Assembly (NCBI RefSeq): GCF_009914755.1 | Contig: NC_060926.1 | Strand: one strand, 5' to 3' | Length of the DNA stretch: 64,000 nt | DNA from: the human T2T-CHM13v2.0 reference genome, Homo sapiens | Shown here: positions 61,253 to 64,000 of the stretch, piece after piece | Layout: every line of letters begins with the position of its first letter | Position numbering within the stretch: the stretch's first letter is position 1 | Made by a program: the position numbers and the translations under genes | The notes under the pieces: generated by a model | Told to the model about the DNA's origin: nothing | Seen by the model: only the letters and a program-made list of their open reading frames with translations | Databases searched by the model: none

Positions 61253-62132
61253 CTAAATGGAAATAATGAAAAAATGTTATAAAGGAATTCTGGTGCTCTG
61301 AAATACTCTAAGAAGCAGATAATAATCTAACATCTAGAATAATGTAAAATTCAGGCAATGTGACTTTTTTCTTCCAAGTTTCTTAAAATACTATTAATGG
61401 CTAGAACTCAATGCTAAGGATTGCAGAACTGAATGATCATAAAATTACTGAAATAATTCAATGTTTTCTAATAATTTAAATTATTTTTCCTAAGTTTTTG
61501 TTAACAGCACCGAAATGAGGCTGCTTTCACCTTTTTTCCTTTGCCCACATTTTCTTGAACGTTTTAGAAAACAGAAAGGCAGACAATAAACAGGAACTAA
61601 AAAAAAAAAAAAAAAAGACAAGAGTCTTCCATTGCCAGACCATAGGTTTCTTTAAAAAAAAATCTTCTTTTTAAAATATCCAGTATTTTATTACAGCATT
61701 ACAAAGTAATGACAAATTTAATTCTTCAACATATCATCAAATGTTATCTTACTCGGCTTTGAGTTCTGCGACAAATAAATTGTCAGTTAAGAATAAATAA
61801 ACTATTTTTCAATGAAAATCGTTGTCTTTAAGCTTTTTCCAAAGTTATATTATTTCCATATACAAGACAAAACTACTATCAGGACCTACTAACTTCTGAA
61901 TAAAAATGGGCCTGTGCTGTCTACCATTTTTCCTACGATTATGTCTAAGGCTTGGTTGCTAACCTCATCAAAGACAGAAACCACACTTTCCCACCATCAC
62001 TAGGATACACCTGATTCACCAGAAAGCAGTTTGGGCCACCCCATACCTACCTACCTGGACTCTACAGCTTGTTCAGTAGCAGTGAGAAATACAGGTGACT
62101 AAGTGACAGGATTGAAATCTAAGGGTATCTAG

Positions 62133-62492
<360 letters not shown>

Positions 62493-63673
62493 TAGATCAG
62501 TTAGGCGACTGTTCTCTGTAATTTTACTCTGCCTCCCTCCTTGTGATCACTGCTCCCTAACCTCCTTTTTAGCCATGTTTCTTAAAAGTGTGCTCCATAC
62601 CCCATCTCCAGACCCCTACAACACATTTCAGTGAAACACAGTTTTCCTCCAATGCTCCATTCCCTAAAGTTGCAGAATGACTTCTTACTTTGCCACAACT
62701 AAGGACACGTTTAATACCTTACTTGACTTCTGCACACTATCACTAAGCATCTATAATCCTCCTGAAAGGCAGTGGCATAGCACCATAAAAAGGACACGAA
62801 TTTAAAGGCAAAAAGAATCTCTGGTCCTTCTTACAACGCCTCAGTCTGCTCATTTATAAAATGCTGTTAGTAATGCAAATGTACAGGTCACTGTGAGAAT
62901 TAATTAAGATATCATAGTATAAGAGTTCTATTCTGAAAAAAATAAGTTCCTCTGCATCCCATATGTTAATGGAATAAAAAAAAAATGTGTCCTGCGCCAA
63001 GACCTCTTGTCTATGTTCCAGATTCATATTTCCATTTTCCACCTGCTACCCTGCTACTCATGAATCCTCCCTTCCTATTTGCCCAGTCTCTCTAAGTCTA
63101 ACCACTTAGTAGGTTCTTCTATTTCTCCAGTCTACCTCCCACTAAACATACCTAATGCTACTGCCTTGGTTCAGGTTAGGTTATTCAATCCAAAACATTT
63201 ACTGACTGCCTACTAGTACCCAGGCACTGGGCTAGCTACTATGAATAGAAAAATGAGTAAGACATGGTTCCTGTCCCCCCGGAAAACCTACATTTTTCAG
63301 ATGAGACTGTAATCTGAAGACTAACTGAAATATAATGTAGTAAATGTAAGAAAAGAGCTTATAAACTCCTTTGGGAATGTGGGATAGCAACATTTTGACA
63401 GCATTGAAAACTGAATGTGGTGTGAGGGGAGGATGGATGACTAAAATCAAGGGAAAGATTATTGGGGAGGATTTCAGAGCTGACTCTTGAATTGCAAACC
63501 CCTCATTCTCCCTCCACACACGTACACGCTCTTCCTATTTCCTTTTCATGATTCTTGAGGAAGGTACAGGAGTTAGGAAGAGGAACTGCAACAACACAGA
63601 TAACAAGTCATCAATGGTACATTGGGATGGCAGTGGTGATGAAGATGACTAAAAGCCACTCCATACTCTAGAG

Positions 63674-63982
63674 CAGGGTTTGGCAAACCACACTCTGTGG
63701 GCCATATCTGGCTGGCTGGCTGTACAGCCAGTGAACTAAGAATGGTTTTTATATTTTCCAGCTGTCAAGGAAAAAAAAGAAATATTTCATAACATGAAAA
63801 TTACATGAAAGTCAAATTTCAGTGTTCATAAATAAAGTTTTATTGAAACACAGCCATGCTCATTTAAGTATTGTCTATGGCTGTTTTGAACAATGGCCAA
63901 TTAGATGTGATAGACCATATGGTCCATAAAGTCTAAAATGTGTACTATCTGGCCCTTTGTTGAGAAAGTTTGCTATTCTCTG
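63674..63982. mobile_element. MER58B (hAT-Charlie)
   Basis: cagggtttggcaaac..gaactaagaatggttttta..aataaagttttattgaaacacagcca..aaagtttgctattctctg; 8-bp TSD ctctRgag. Confidence 0.88.
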
Positions 63983-64000
63983 CTCTGGAGGCTTAAGTGA

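Noticed and set aside
62500-64000. TTC21B promoter / CpG island / exon 1
   Set aside because: No CpG enrichment and no MDSQELK-coding exon; this is still intron 1

Overview
Primate (human or near-human great ape) genomic DNA lying wholly inside the TTC21B (IFT139/THM1, IFT-A subunit, TPR-repeat protein) gene on the minus strand. I located 23 consecutive coding exons by hand (exons 2-24, 3242 nt, about residues 8-1088). All have GT..AG boundaries and splice into one uninterrupted frame matching the TTC21B protein as I remember it. Exon 1/promoter lies beyond base 64000 and exons 25-29 lie before base 1. The introns are AT-rich and filled with Alu, L1, L2, L3, MIR, LTR (MLT1, MLT2A, MER21) and DNA-transposon (MER81, MER58B, Charlie5/MER33, MER5, MADE1 half) fossils plus microsatellites. 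Repeat subfamily calls are by eye and approximate. An antisense lncRNA (TTC21B-AS1) is known from memory to overlap roughly 45-60 kb. I see no evidence of a new multi-gene system. The items most worth checking are small: a 107-bp two-state fold-back hairpin just downstream of exon 24, a recent 74-bp templated copy inside an old L1, a TDP-43-type cryptic exon candidate at a (UG)24 tract, exon junctions that rebuild 5' splice sites (exons 3 and 14), an LTR-tail-derived minisatellite, and inverted Alu pairs around exons 17-19.
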